DNA of 64,000 nt from a virus (IMGVR_UViG_3300030113_000006:1341-65340), one strand, 5' to 3'. Shown: positions 32,045 to 42,468, numbered from the stretch's first letter. A program made the numbers and translations. The notes: a model not told the origin generated them from the letters alone.

Positions 32045-32230
32045 ATGAGACAACACACAATTCACACTTGTTACGATTGTGCTCCTATACCCTTAAGACA
32101 GTTTGATTGGACAGCAATACTAGATGGGTATGATGGTAGTAAGGATGCGCCCTCTGGTAACGTATGTGGTAAAGGCGCTACAGAGTTAGAAGCCATTAAA
32201 GATTTGTTAGAACTGTTAGATAATTATTAA
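32045..32230 (+). CDS. Small conserved phage protein
   Basis: PIP.RQFDW.A..D.YDG......G.GATE.EAI.DL; RBS in a TTACA-AGGAA-TGTAA hairpin. Confidence 0.6.
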   Translation: MRQHTIHTCYDCAPIPLRQFDWTAILDGYDGSKDAPSGNVCGKGATELEAIKDLLELLDNY

Positions 32231-32289
32231 ATACTAAAATTTACTCTATTGTGTTTGCTAATACGGCCTGGCCCCATTTGCTAATTTAA

Positions 32290-32373
32290 TTTGGCTCCAC
32301 CCTAGGCGAGTTAAACCATATGCATAAATTTAAAATTATGCATATGGTTTAACTCGCCTAGGGTGGAGCCAAA
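32290..32373. repeat. 84-bp near-perfect palindrome (38-bp perfect arms)
   Basis: tttggctccaccctaggcgagttaaaccatatgcataa-atttaaaa-ttatgcatatggtttaactcgcctagggtggagccaaa; outer pairings 32269-75/32388-94 and 32252-62/32401-11. Confidence 0.95.
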
Positions 32374-32409
32374 ATAAAAAGTTAAAAGGGGCCAAATTAC
32401 ATTAGCAAA

Positions 32410-32478
32410 CAAATTAATTAATATTAAAAGCCAGTTTAAAACCAGCGTTTAAACTGGCTTTTAATATTAATTAATTTG
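32410..32478. repeat. Perfect 31-bp inverted repeat, 7-nt loop
   Basis: caaattaattaatattaaaagccagtttaaa-accagcg-tttaaactggcttttaatattaattaatttg. Confidence 0.95.
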
Positions 32479-32651
32479 CTATATACGCCAGCCAAGGAAA
32501 TATAGCTACAGGAAACAACTGCATATGAAGAATTATATACTATCCAACAAAGAAATCAAATCTTATCTATCAAAAAAAACCCACCTTTTCAGTTGCAAAA
32601 CCAACCAAGCAATTTTCATAAATAATAAACATTCAAAAGCAAGGAAGCTTT

Positions 32652-33002
32652 ATGTCATTGAGTAGCGGCCAATATAAAGAAGTCACATCAAATCAAATAG
32701 CATCAGCATTAAACTTTTTAGACTGTAATTGTAACTACTCAGAATGGATCAAGTCTGGAATGGCAATACACTCATGGAGCGCTGGAAATGATGGTTTTTG
32801 CTTATGGGATACAGCTATTTCCATGTGTATTTTTGCTGGATATGATCCAAAACAAACTTTAGTAAAAGTTATAGAAAAATTTGGAGGTAGAATGGAGGTT
32901 GTAAAAAAACTTACAAAAGAGCATGATCTTTTAAATTTAAAAGATCAACCAATAGAGTTTTTACTTGAACTATGGCGAGAGGCTAAAAAACAAAAAAATT
33001 AG
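32652..33002 (+). CDS. Chimeric ORF: PriCT-2-like N half plus MazG-like C-terminal half (possibly a remnant)
   Basis: AL.FL....Y.EW...GMAIH......GF.LWD (PriCT-2), then G.DP...L.....KF..R.......L.LW.EAK (MazG C-terminal part). RBS in an AAAGC-AAGGAA-GCTTT hairpin. Confidence 0.5.
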   Translation: MSLSSGQYKEVTSNQIASALNFLDCNCNYSEWIKSGMAIHSWSAGNDGFCLWDTAISMCIFAGYDPKQTLVKVIEKFGGRMEVVKKLTKEHDLLNLKDQPIEFLLELWREAKKQKN

Positions 33003-33016
33003 AGAAGTTATAAAAA

Positions 33017-34237
33017 ATGAACAATTATATAGAAATAAATGGATCTACTAATAACCCTATTAAAGCATGGATTAAAGGTGTTGAACTTGAAGAGCAGGCA
33101 AAACAGCAACTACTTAATATTGCATCGCTTCCTTTTATCCATAACCATATAGCCATAATGCCAGATGTACATTGGGGGATGGGTGCTACAGTCGGTTCTG
33201 TTATTCCTACTATAGGGGCAGTAATTCCTGCTGCAGTAGGGGTTGATATTGGTTGTGGGATGATGGCGGTTAAGACTAGTCTAGTTGCGTCTGATTTACC
33301 AGATAATCTTTTAACTTTAAGAACAGCAATAGAAAAAGCAATTCCACATGGCAGAACTAATAATGGTAGAAGCGGCGATAGGGGAGCATGGGCGCGAGTT
33401 CCAGATCATTATGTTAAAGAGTTTGATTTTAAAGGGTTAGATTTGATTGTTGAAAAACACCCAAAGATTATGGATGCTGCTAAAAGAGCGCCACATCATA
33501 TGGGTACTTTAGGTACTGGCAATCATTTTATTGAGATTTGTTTAGATGAAAATAATGCAGTATGGATAATGTTACATTCTGGATCGAGAGGTGTTGGTAA
33601 TCGTATTGGTACTTATTTTATAGAATTAGCTAAAGAAGATCTAAAAACAGCTGGTATTAATTTGGTTGATGTAGATTTGGCTTATTTAAACGAAGGCACA
33701 AAATATTTTGATGATTATATTGAGGCTGTTAGCTGGGCGCAACACTTTGCTAGAATTAATAGAGAAATAATGATGCAAGCTTGTATTAAATCTATGCGTA
33801 ATATTATCAATAAACATTTTTTATGCGATCTTATGGTGGTAAATTGTCATCATAATTATGTACAAAAAGAATATCATTTTGGTAAAGATGTTTGGTTAAC
33901 AAGAAAAGGTGCTGTGTGTGCTTCTGAAGGAGTGTTGGGTATTATTCCTGGTAGCATGGGGGCGCGTTCTTTTATTGTAAAAGGCAAAGGTAATAAAGAT
34001 TCTTTTGACTCTTGTTCTCACGGAGCAGGTAGAAGGATCTCTAGGAACGAGGCTAAAAGAAGATATACTCTTAAAGATCATATTAAAGCTACCCAAGGGG
34101 TAGAATGTCGTAAAGATCAAGATGTTATCGATGAAACACCGATGGCATATAAAGATATCGATAAAGTTATACAAGCTCAATCTGATTTAATTGAGGTTGT
34201 ACATACTTTAAAACAGGTTTTGTGTGTTAAGGGATAA
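33017..34237 (+). CDS. rtcB: RNA ligase RtcB
   Basis: MPDVH.G.GATVG, VGVDIGCGM, GTLG.GNHFIE, LHSGSRG, CHHNY, RKGA, IPGSMG, SHGAGR, DE.P.AYK, C-terminal VKG. Confidence 0.97.
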   Translation: MNNYIEINGSTNNPIKAWIKGVELEEQAKQQLLNIASLPFIHNHIAIMPDVHWGMGATVGSVIPTIGAVIPAAVGVDIGCGMMAVKTSLVASDLPDNLLTLRTAIEKAIPHGRTNNGRSGDRGAWARVPDHYVKEFDFKGLDLIVEKHPKIMDAAKRAPHHMGTLGTGNHFIEICLDENNAVWIMLHSGSRGVGNRIGTYFIELAKEDLKTAGINLVDVDLAYLNEGTKYFDDYIEAVSWAQHFARINREIMMQACIKSMRNIINKHFLCDLMVVNCHHNYVQKEYHFGKDVWLTRKGAVCASEGVLGIIPGSMGARSFIVKGKGNKDSFDSCSHGAGRRISRNEAKRRYTLKDHIKATQGVECRKDQDVIDETPMAYKDIDKVIQAQSDLIEVVHTLKQVLCVKG

Positions 34238-34304
34238 TGGATGGTTTATATGTCGTAACAATACAGTTATAATGTCAACTTCCTGATTATTTTTTTGCAA
34301 AAAC

Positions 34305-34510
34305 GTACGATATTGAGTACTATTATTTTATATAAGTTTAATTTAAAATTTTAAACTAAAAGGATATGAAGCATGGCTACTTTACCAGCAAGCAAAGCAA
34401 GATCAAATTTATACAATTTAATAGATGAAGTGTCGATATTGTGCATCATAAAAAACAATATATATTGTATAACCAAATACTATGATATTATAAAAATGAG
34501 GTTAGCTTAA
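34305..34510 (+). pseudogene. Truncated Phd/YefM antitoxin (ATG 34373) with its operator
   Basis: MATLPASKARSNLYNLIDEV matches a YefM/Phd N-terminus and then diverges. Two GTAC-core palindromes at 34305 and 34317 are 12 bp apart, as in yefM-yoeB operators. No toxin follows. Confidence 0.6.
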
Positions 34511-34589
34511 ATATTAAAGCCACTCATTGTAGGGTAAGATGCGAGTGTAAGGCTCGCACCTCGTTAAACTGTTTCTTATGGTTATATAA

Positions 34590-35288
34590 TTATATATGCA
34601 ACCCAGCTGAGCACTCACCAATAACACCAATAACACCAATAACACCAGGGTAATATAATTCAAGATAATTGGCTAGAGGAACAAAATATTTCTCGCTCTC
34701 GTTAATAATTTTATTGATTTTATCAACACTTTTGATGTTTATAGTTTGTAGATTGTGTATTCTATCTATTAATTTTATTAACAATAAATGTCTTTTTAAA
34801 GTTACGCCCAATAAAAACATTAATTCTATAGAGCCAATTTTGTTGTTATTATTTCGATGACGAGTTAAAGATTGCACCCCCAAAGTAATTTGTTCACCAA
34901 ATATCTCTGTGATTTCTTCTGGAGTTATAATTGTATCTTCAATAACATCATGCAAAAGAGCAATTATTATTGTATCTGTATCAGCATAGTAATCTAATAC
35001 TATACTGGCTACTTCTATTGGGTGGCAACAATAAGGTTCTCCAGTTTGTCTTTTTTGATCGCCATGCCACTTGATGGTATACTTAATAGCTTTAGTAATT
35101 AGGTTTTCATCCACCACCTTAGTTCTTTTGTTTGTACTCTTGATTTTATTTTTTAAATCGTATATTGCCAATTGTAATTTATTTAACTTGGCAATATTTG
35201 TATTGTTTCGTAATTGGGTGCTGGTAGTCTTGGCATTAGAATTACCATATTGACTAGCGATCGTTGTCATGTTGTAATATTTGTGCAT
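34590..35288 (-). CDS. Stand-alone RelA/SpoT-type HD domain ((p)ppGpp hydrolase, small alarmone hydrolase-like)
   Basis: H..QKR.TGEPY..HP.EVA, ALLHDVIEDT, IKL.DR.HNL; no synthetase domain. Confidence 0.88.
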   Translation of the reverse strand: MHKYYNMTTIASQYGNSNAKTTSTQLRNNTNIAKLNKLQLAIYDLKNKIKSTNKRTKVVDENLITKAIKYTIKWHGDQKRQTGEPYCCHPIEVASIVLDYYADTDTIIIALLHDVIEDTIITPEEITEIFGEQITLGVQSLTRHRNNNNKIGSIELMFLLGVTLKRHLLLIKLIDRIHNLQTINIKSVDKINKIINESEKYFVPLANYLELYYPGVIGVIGVIGECSAGLHI

Positions 35289-35514
35289 GTTAGTCTCAAC
35301 AGTAGATTAATGTGCAGCGAAAGGTTTACGTTTTCGCTGCCAGTGATAGTGGTTTCTATCACTGGCATTTATATTTTTAGGGTCTATTATCTCATTCATT
35401 TATTATATTTTTGGCGAAACTATTATGCTAAAATATAATTATATCATTTACAAGTATAAAATTAATCTATACCATAAACAAAACAATTACTCAACTTATA
35501 AAAGGATTTTTATC

Positions 35515-36171
35515 ATGATGAAGGAAGATTTTGAAATTGTAGACGGCCCTATCGATAACCCTGTATCTCCAACAGATATGGCTATAACCCCACGACTATA
35601 TAATACTGAAAGTGAATCTATTAGTAATCCTGATGAAAATATAGATTCTCCAACAGATAGGGGTATTATTTCAACTATAAAAGATTTTGCTGGTATAGCA
35701 TCTAAGGTTACAACTTTAGAAAGCTATTGTAGCAATATGTTAAATAAATTACACGTTAGATTGTCTGATATTGAAAATACCCTACCACAAAGGGTAACAG
35801 TTATAGAAAATACCTTATTGGGGAAGATTGCAGCATTAGAAGCTGGATTACCACAACAAGTTGCAGCATTAGAGCAACAAGTAGCTACATTAATAGGGTC
35901 ATTAGGTAGCCTTGGGGTTACACCTGCTGCTTCTACTACATCGGGCGCATCTTCTGCATCAGCAACACCATCGATATCGATTCCAGTAACCCCAATTACA
36001 TCTCCCGCAGTAGAACCAATGCCAGCACCAGTTACCTTCCTTGCTCCTATTGCTACATGTGATAGTTCTAGCACACCCGTAGTGGCTGCACCTGTAGAAG
36101 GTGATAGCGCACCAGCCATACAAACTGTTAGCAGATCGCTATATTCAAAGCTTGGCTTGAAGAGGTTATAA
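35515..36171 (+). CDS. Hypothetical coiled-coil plus Pro/Ala/Thr/Ser-rich protein
   Basis: Likely ATG 35515 after AAGGA; internal 11-aa repeats (IENTL, AALE). Confidence 0.55.
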   Translation: MMKEDFEIVDGPIDNPVSPTDMAITPRLYNTESESISNPDENIDSPTDRGIISTIKDFAGIASKVTTLESYCSNMLNKLHVRLSDIENTLPQRVTVIENTLLGKIAALEAGLPQQVAALEQQVATLIGSLGSLGVTPAASTTSGASSASATPSISIPVTPITSPAVEPMPAPVTFLAPIATCDSSSTPVVAAPVEGDSAPAIQTVSRSLYSKLGLKRL

Positions 36172-36194
36172 GATATAATTTGTAATTAACCATG

Positions 36195-36239
36195 TCACAA
36201 CAACACAAGTTAGTGTTAATGCTAATTGTGTTGTCGTGA
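36195..36239. terminator. Hairpin between convergent genes
   Basis: tcacaacaacacaagttag...ctaattgtgttgtcgtga imperfect inverted repeat. Confidence 0.5.
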
Positions 36240-36302
36240 TACCCGTACAGTCAATTGGTTAACAGCATAAGAATATGATAAGGGGATATCATTAAATACT
36301 TA

Positions 36303-36608
36303 TTATGCGTTGTCTTGCGGTTTGTACATGCCGTCGTGATTTGCTAGGTTAGCTTCAACAGCTTCTCCCATATGCATTATTTGTGCGCACCGACTACATA
36401 AAAAGGTACTTCCCGCCCAGTGTGATGACCACGTTTGAGCTCCCGCCAGTATAAATTTATGATACCCATTTTTACTTTTGCCACATGTAAGCCTATTATT
36501 CCAGTGCGTACCCTTATCGTTTACTGAACTAGGTACTAGGCTTATGACCGTCGTTGGTTTGACGGCTTCTACTATTGCAGTTGCTGGTACTGGTATTTGA
36601 TTATCCAT
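36303..36608 (-). CDS. Hypothetical protein with a Cys/His cluster
   Basis: C..H..CSRC; RBS in an AGCA-AGGA-TGCT hairpin (36611-36622, minus strand). Confidence 0.55.
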   Translation of the reverse strand: MDNQIPVPATAIVEAVKPTTVISLVPSSVNDKGTHWNNRLTCGKSKNGYHKFILAGAQTWSSHWAGSTFLCSRCAQIMHMGEAVEANLANHDGMYKPQDNA

Positions 36609-36716
36609 AGAGCATCCTTGCTATTATATTGATTGTATAATTGTATGTTTACAAAGTTATATATATTGCTAGTTACAAGTATGATTATGTAACTATGAGT
36701 GGTTGTAATTATGTTG

Positions 36717-36899
36717 TTATACTTGTTCTTCTCCTAACTTAAGGATACTATCTCTTATTTTATAAATCCTAGTAGCTAGCACAAGATCATACGCTTCAAC
36801 TTCCCTACAACAATCATCTAGCGCTTCGGCTATTAGATCTAGGGCGTGTCCAGGGTATATCTTGTTAGTAATTGCTAGCTCATCCTTTATTATATCCAT
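36717..36899 (-). CDS. Hypothetical protein
   Basis: GGAGG RBS; in the minus-strand operon. Confidence 0.45.
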   Translation of the reverse strand: MDIIKDELAITNKIYPGHALDLIAEALDDCCREVEAYDLVLATRIYKIRDSILKLGEEQV

Positions 36900-36954
36900 A
36901 TAGCCTCCATTAAGATTAAAATAATAATATAGTATTCTAAAATGGGTGGCGCAA

Positions 36955-37485
36955 TCAAAAAGGAATATCGCTATCCATCATGGGAGCGGCTGTAATTACA
37001 CTGGAAGCGCCGGCCCATGGGATCCATTTGACTATATCTAGTTTATCTTTGGAGTTACCATTTCTATCTATATAGCTAACTTTCTTTACTTCTACTACCG
37101 CTTGCTTGCTTGCTAAAAAATTTATATTTGGCATGTTGCCACTCTTGGCCAACGGCATCCCAATAGCAGCCCCTATCTCAGCCATCTTAAAGCCAAAGAA
37201 GTTGGCATAAAAGCTTTCTTCGTATCCTTCTTTATCTACAGCATATAGTTTGGCATTAAGATATGGTTTACCCTTAGAGGTTACAAGTTGTTTACCATCT
37301 CGATCATATTTAAATATATTTATAATGGTTACAATTACCTGTTTAATTTCCTCGGGTTGCAGACGTGCAATCAGAGAACCTACACCTGTTGATTCTACTC
37401 CAGGCTGTTCGTTAGAAACCCAACTAAAAGATAAATCATCACCCCTAAATATTGGATCGTTAAACATGCTATTTTGAAATTCCAT
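36955..37485 (-). CDS. Putative phage single-stranded DNA-binding protein
   Basis: Acidic C-terminal DSDIPF tail; adjacent to the ERF recombinase. Confidence 0.65.
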   Translation of the reverse strand: MEFQNSMFNDPIFRGDDLSFSWVSNEQPGVESTGVGSLIARLQPEEIKQVIVTIINIFKYDRDGKQLVTSKGKPYLNAKLYAVDKEGYEESFYANFFGFKMAEIGAAIGMPLAKSGNMPNINFLASKQAVVEVKKVSYIDRNGNSKDKLDIVKWIPWAGASSVITAAPMMDSDIPF

Positions 37486-37661
37486 TTTCTTGTTTCCTTA
37501 TTTGTTGTTTGCTGTATGTTTATTCTTGCTTTATTTTATTTTGTTTTTTCTTGCTTGTTATGCTATTTTTATCTATATTATTTACTTATTTATCTATGTA
37601 ATTACGTACAACTTTACATAATTACATGGCTGTATATTATACTTTGTTGTTTGTTTTATGG

Positions 37662-38561
37662 CTAACTATCAGTCGGGGTGTCTATATTGCTAGCTGGTTG
37701 GCCACCAATACCATTCACTTCTTCTGTTTCCTGTGTTTCCAATACCTTTTTCACCTGTCCAACAAATGAAGGCAAGTCATCTATGTCTAATTGTTGTAAC
37801 TTGTTGCTTCCAAACTTCTTTAGGATTGTCCTCATTACAGTAGTAAGGGTTTCCTTGTTACCCAATTTAAGTAGTTCATCTAGTGCAGCCTTGTGTTGTG
37901 GTGATTCCTGTGGGAGGGTTAACGGAGGAGGTTGGTGATATAATTGTTGTCTTCCATGTCCTTGGTATAAGGCAGCGTCATTGTCATCTATTACTTCTAT
38001 GCCCATAATAATCACGATCGAGTATCGTTTGTTATAGGTACAAGTCTTGCCTGACTTTTGCTCTAGAGATAGGAGATCATCTTTCTTAGACACCTGCGAG
38101 GATGATCCTGGTAATGGGGCATATCCGCTATCGTTCCTGCGATCATCTATAAGCATCCCGGAGGTTGCCATTACCCATTGTTGCGAGGGTACATGCCTAA
38201 TCTCGGTTAGAATATAATTATAAGTACCAGATGCCTTTCGTTCGTCATGAAATAATTGGAAGGGCAGCAGATCGTATTCGTACATTAGAGGATGCAGCAC
38301 CCTGTAGATAGCGTTTATATCAGCATATTTATTAGTATAGGTACGCCTATTTTTAACTACTGGATTTGTAAGTAGCTTCTTACGTACCTCAAGTATTACG
38401 GCATCTATAATATCTCTCTTTTCCGACCACTTATAGTTAAAAAGAGATAGGATGTGTTCACCTTCCGATATTTGATTAAAGGATGGGTTGACAGTAGGGG
38501 TAACAACAACTGGTAATTCTTTAGTAGTGAGATCTTTAGTAACAACAGGGGTAGATACCAT
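37662..38561 (-). CDS. ERF-family ssDNA annealing protein
   Basis: KN......YADI..I.....P, T...H.PS.QW, Q..G...TY.KRYS....GI...DD.DA. Start codon lies inside a CCA-CGGA-TGG hairpin. Confidence 0.8.
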   Translation of the reverse strand: MVSTPVVTKDLTTKELPVVVTPTVNPSFNQISEGEHILSLFNYKWSEKRDIIDAVILEVRKKLLTNPVVKNRRTYTNKYADINAIYRVLHPLMYEYDLLPFQLFHDERKASGTYNYILTEIRHVPSQQWVMATSGMLIDDRRNDSGYAPLPGSSSQVSKKDDLLSLEQKSGKTCTYNKRYSIVIIMGIEVIDDNDAALYQGHGRQQLYHQPPPLTLPQESPQHKAALDELLKLGNKETLTTVMRTILKKFGSNKLQQLDIDDLPSFVGQVKKVLETQETEEVNGIGGQPASNIDTPTDS

Positions 38562-38825
38562 CCGTGGCCTCTTATAATTTGTTCAGTGAGTAGATATTGT
38601 ACAGTTTGTATATTATATAGCAAGTTATAATTTTATATCAATTATAACAGATTACGATTGTATTGTGGTTTTAAGTGTTATATAAAATTATAAACAATTA
38701 ATGTGTCAAACGGTTAGCCGTAAGCATGACTAACTTAGGGTGAAACAACAAGATGTAAGACGGTAACCAATAAAGTGGTGGTGAGCATAAGAACGACATA
38801 ATATATGGGCAACAAAACAAAGGAA

Positions 38826-38841
38826 TAGACATCCGTGTCTA
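38826..38841 (-). promoter_or_regulatory. Free-standing canonical CsrA-type hairpin
   Basis: Minus strand TAGACA-CGGA-TGTCTA, 6-bp perfect stem, about 270 nt upstream of the ERF start. Confidence 0.55.
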
Positions 38842-39474
38842 AATTATCAAATTATTTATTACAAAACACTGTCAAACCTACCAGGGAAAAGACAGAAAGA
38901 TACACGCACCTAAACCAAGCATGTAGGTGGCATAATGCCAATAAAAACCCCACAAAAAAGAGGTGCGTATGGTAAAAATTTTACAGGGTGTAACACAGAA
39001 AGTCAACAACTATCTAGGTATATTTTTAACTAATAAAACACTAATAAATACATCAACAAAACCTTTGCAAATAACGACCCTAAATAGTCGTGTTTTCAAA
39101 CTATTAACTGCAATAAAACCAATTATTAACCTAAAAACCAGTCAAGTTATAAGATTAAATATAAGTTATACGTCTTACAAAAGCTTATTGTTATACCCAA
39201 AACAGGCAAAACAAATACCACAAGACACGGGGGAACCCAAAGGTTTCCCCGTTATTTTAAACTTAACTCTATTTTATAGGAATAGTAATTATATGCTTAA
39301 AAAGCTCTTTTATCTACTGTTATGCTCGCCATTTTTACGGATAACTAATAGCCGCAAAGTGACCATTATGACCTTAAGACTAACAAACCCTCGACTCTTT
39401 GGTATAAAGAGCACCCCAAAACAACTAACAACTTTCACCCAACAAGACCAAGCAAATTCAAGGAAGATATCTAT

Positions 39475-40587
39475 ATGAATAAAGAAGATTCTGTCAAAAG
39501 CATAGGGCAAATATTACAAAAATCCCTAACTCTTATAAACCCAGGACAAATGGGAGACAAACGGGGGACAAATGGGAGACAAACGGGAGACAAACGGGGG
39601 ACACAACCTAAGACAACTTTTGATAAAGAGGACAAATGGGAGACAAGCCTTTCAGACCTTGTTGGACTACAACTAAGAATCGCCATGTTTGTTTACAATG
39701 AATGTAAGGTAAACAGATCAAAGGTAACGCGACATTTGTCTATTAATTATATGGTTAGTAATTTGAAATCTCCTTATTCTAGTGTAAAAAAAACTATAGG
39801 TAGATTAATAAAGAAAGGGATTATTATTCGTGAAGAATTAAAGAAAGGCCGGGGCGGGTGGGTGACCTACGGTATACCAGAACTAGTGTTCAAAGACCTG
39901 TTTATGCAAAATGAAATGGGATACAAAGAGAGCACAAACACCCAGGGTTGTTCAAAAGTTGAACAGAAATGGGAGACACAACCTAAGACAAGCCTCTCTA
40001 GTAGTAGTAGTTATTATAATAATACAACTACTACTAGAGAGGCTGTCTCCCATTTTGAAATCGATTGTACTCCATTAGCGGATATTGGTTTTAACGAAAG
40101 CCATCTAACTCAGGTGGTACGGGTTTATCAGCAAAAATCTTCCATAACTCTTACTGCCGATCAAATACAAAACTCTATTTATGCTCTAGCTTTTGACCTT
40201 AAGCACAATAATGCGGGTAGAAAACTTAGATCTCCTCTTGGGGTGTTGTTGTCTGGTCTCAAAAAGGGGATGCCGTATTGTAGTATTACCCCAGATAGTT
40301 TTAAAACTCCTAGGGAGGAGGCGTTGCAAAAATTTAATGTCATGATGGAACAACAACAACAACGGGAAAGGATTGAAGAACTAAAAGCAATGGATATCGA
40401 ATTCAAAAAATGGCTATCCTCGTTGGCTGATAGTGAACTTAATGATTTTTGCTCGTTAGATTCGATCCAGGGGGCGCTATCTATGAAACATCAAAGGGTG
40501 CTACACAAAAAACGGGCAATGGAGATTGCGAAGGAATTTTTTGAACTAGAAGTGTGGCCTGGGATCTTAAGGGGCATTTGTTGTTAG
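39475..40587 (+). CDS. Putative replication initiator (winged-HTH) with internal iterons
   Basis: HTH-like segment S...VKK.I.RL.KKG.I.R...K.GRGGW..Y; low-complexity S/T linker; iterons inside the gene as in lambda O-type origins. Confidence 0.6.
   Translation: MNKEDSVKSIGQILQKSLTLINPGQMGDKRGTNGRQTGDKRGTQPKTTFDKEDKWETSLSDLVGLQLRIAMFVYNECKVNRSKVTRHLSINYMVSNLKSPYSSVKKTIGRLIKKGIIIREELKKGRGGWVTYGIPELVFKDLFMQNEMGYKESTNTQGCSKVEQKWETQPKTSLSSSSSYYNNTTTTREAVSHFEIDCTPLADIGFNESHLTQVVRVYQQKSSITLTADQIQNSIYALAFDLKHNNAGRKLRSPLGVLLSGLKKGMPYCSITPDSFKTPREEALQKFNVMMEQQQQRERIEELKAMDIEFKKWLSSLADSELNDFCSLDSIQGALSMKHQRVLHKKRAMEIAKEFFELEVWPGILRGICC
39545..39641 (+). repeat. 11-bp iteron array, putative replication origin
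   Basis: GACAAA(T/C)GGG(A/G) five times in tandem at 39545-39599, a sixth at 39631; related AAATGGGAGACACAACCTAAGACA near 39967. Confidence 0.8.
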
Positions 40588-40844
40588 AAGTATTACTAAC
40601 GAGTCGTTTGCTTTGTTGTTAGCAGTATAACTGTGCTGGTTTTCAGGGAAAAATGGCTTAAGGAGCTAAAGGTAGCGCTAGCAACCCTAATTAAAGTGGC
40701 CTGTAGTTGTGCTGGTGGGGTTTTTGCAAAAACCCCATAGTTGTATAGCCACTATGGCGTACAAATGCAACCTACGGCTTCTGATTTATTTTTTGATTTT
40801 TTTGGTGCCCGCTTAAGCTTGGCAACCAACTTTGGTTTCGTTCG

Positions 40845-41204
40845 TTATTCATCTTCGTGTGTTTCATTTGTCCACCCACCTTCTTTGGCGTACTCGATCA
40901 AGGTGGCTATAGTGACTGGCCTCTTGGTCGTTGGCGCTGTCCTAATCAAGTAATTCCAGGAGCTTATGAAATTACCATGGCTATATTCGTTTGCTTGCAT
41001 ACTCCATCTCCTACAAACGTCTTCGGCAGCATCCCCAAAGTGGTTATACATGGAGGCTAACACCTTAAACCATTTTAGGCTACCAATTTCAACTGCCATA
41101 TATGAAAGCATATCTATAGCGACAGCTAGGGTCACTACTATCGGTTTTTTTATATGTTGTGTTTTTAAAATGGGTGAGTTTATAGTAACTTCAAAATTAT
41201 ACAT
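40845..41204 (-). CDS. Stand-alone PriCT-2 (primase C-terminal) domain protein
   Basis: W..V...........A......WS....Y.......W......VTIATL...AKEGGW; likely ATG 41204 after TCAAGGAAGA. Confidence 0.7.
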   Translation of the reverse strand: MYNFEVTINSPILKTQHIKKPIVVTLAVAIDMLSYMAVEIGSLKWFKVLASMYNHFGDAAEDVCRRWSMQANEYSHGNFISSWNYLIRTAPTTKRPVTIATLIEYAKEGGWTNETHEDE

Positions 41205-42000
41205 AGATTCTTCCTTGAGGTTTGATATAATTTGGATCGCATTATTTTGCACCATTTTTGTGAGTAATACAACCAAATCTTCAAATGTGATTAGTTCTAT
41301 AAAATGAGACCAAGACAATAGTTACGACACTATTTGTTCTTCTGGATAAAATCCAGTAAATTTAACCATTTAAAAAAGAAAGTGACACTCTAAAAACAAA
41401 AGTTGACGTACCATATGGTGATCGGGTAGTTTATACTTACATTTTTGGGGTGGTAGGATACGAATTGTAACCGACTATACCAAGATTGGGCGGTGTTGCC
41501 TATGGCGTACCGTAATTCTAACTTTGAAAAGGAGTTTCATAAATGCGTTATTTTGCTAATCATCATCTTAAGGTTTTGTATCTCCAGAATATACTTGCTA
41601 TGTATCCTATGGTTAGTCACCCTATGGCCACTTACTCTCGCCACAAAACTCCCAAGACTGTCAAACGAAAGATTGCCAACAAAATGACGTTATATTTTGC
41701 TAATAAACTAATGGTTATATCCGTTATTGGTTATTTTGCTTACTGGTTTTTAATTAACGTGTTATAACCTTCCGCAATATAAGCTTTGCTAGCGACGCAA
41801 AAAAAACATAAGGTTACATATACCTATAATTACATATATAACTTTTAATATATGTAATTATTTACAGAAATAATTACCATGCTTGACTAATGGCTGTTTC
41901 GCTCATACAATACAGAAAACTAAATAACATGCAAATAAAGTTGATCTCCTAAAAAATAACCCAACAGCATGTAAATAAAAGTAAATAACATACGGCTACA

Positions 42001-42014
42001 CAACAAGGATGTTG
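42001..42014 (+). promoter_or_regulatory. CsrA-type site at RBS of 42016
   Basis: CAACA-AGGA-TGTTG perfect hairpin. Confidence 0.6.
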
Positions 42015-42015
42015 A

Positions 42016-42468
42016 ATGGAAGTAGATAAAGAACTAAAACCAATTGTTGACGCAATGGTTAATACGGAGTTAGCCTCGGCTACCAAAAGGTTTTTTGCTT
42101 TTTATGTGGCTACCATAATGAGCGATTTATACGATAAAGGTGTTAGCGAGCTTGGTGGAATTTTAGAAGTTAGCAGCGAAAAGGTGAGGGCAGCGGAAGA
42201 GCGGCGATTATTTGTGTTTGCATCTAAGGTATTGCCTGATGATCGCATTAAGAAAATGTTTTGTAAGACACTAGATACCCTTACACAAAGACAGGACGAC
42301 ATAGTAGCTGGATTACTAAATAAGTACTCATTGTTGCATAATAACAAGGATGTTAGTTATTACCATGATAGCGTTAGTGTGTTTTTTAGAAAAGAGCTTA
42401 AGTTGGCTAAAGAACTAATCTCGGGCGGCCGCTATAGGAATTTCTACGATGCTCTCGATCGGGCTTAG
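42016..42468 (+). CDS. Hypothetical protein
   Basis: 150-aa ORF with RBS. Confidence 0.55.
   Translation: MEVDKELKPIVDAMVNTELASATKRFFAFYVATIMSDLYDKGVSELGGILEVSSEKVRAAEERRLFVFASKVLPDDRIKKMFCKTLDTLTQRQDDIVAGLLNKYSLLHNNKDVSYYHDSVSVFFRKELKLAKELISGGRYRNFYDALDRA

Noticed and set aside
34617-34646. 9-bp triple repeat (GVI x3) in the HD gene tail; similar 12-bp repeats in rhuM near 51840-51871
   Set aside because: Short in-frame slippage repeats with no evidence of phase variation.
38963-39478. 171-aa ORF upstream of rep
   Set aside because: No recognisable motif, composition typical of AT-rich non-coding DNA, and it contains a GC hairpin (about 39228-39251); probably a regulatory region.
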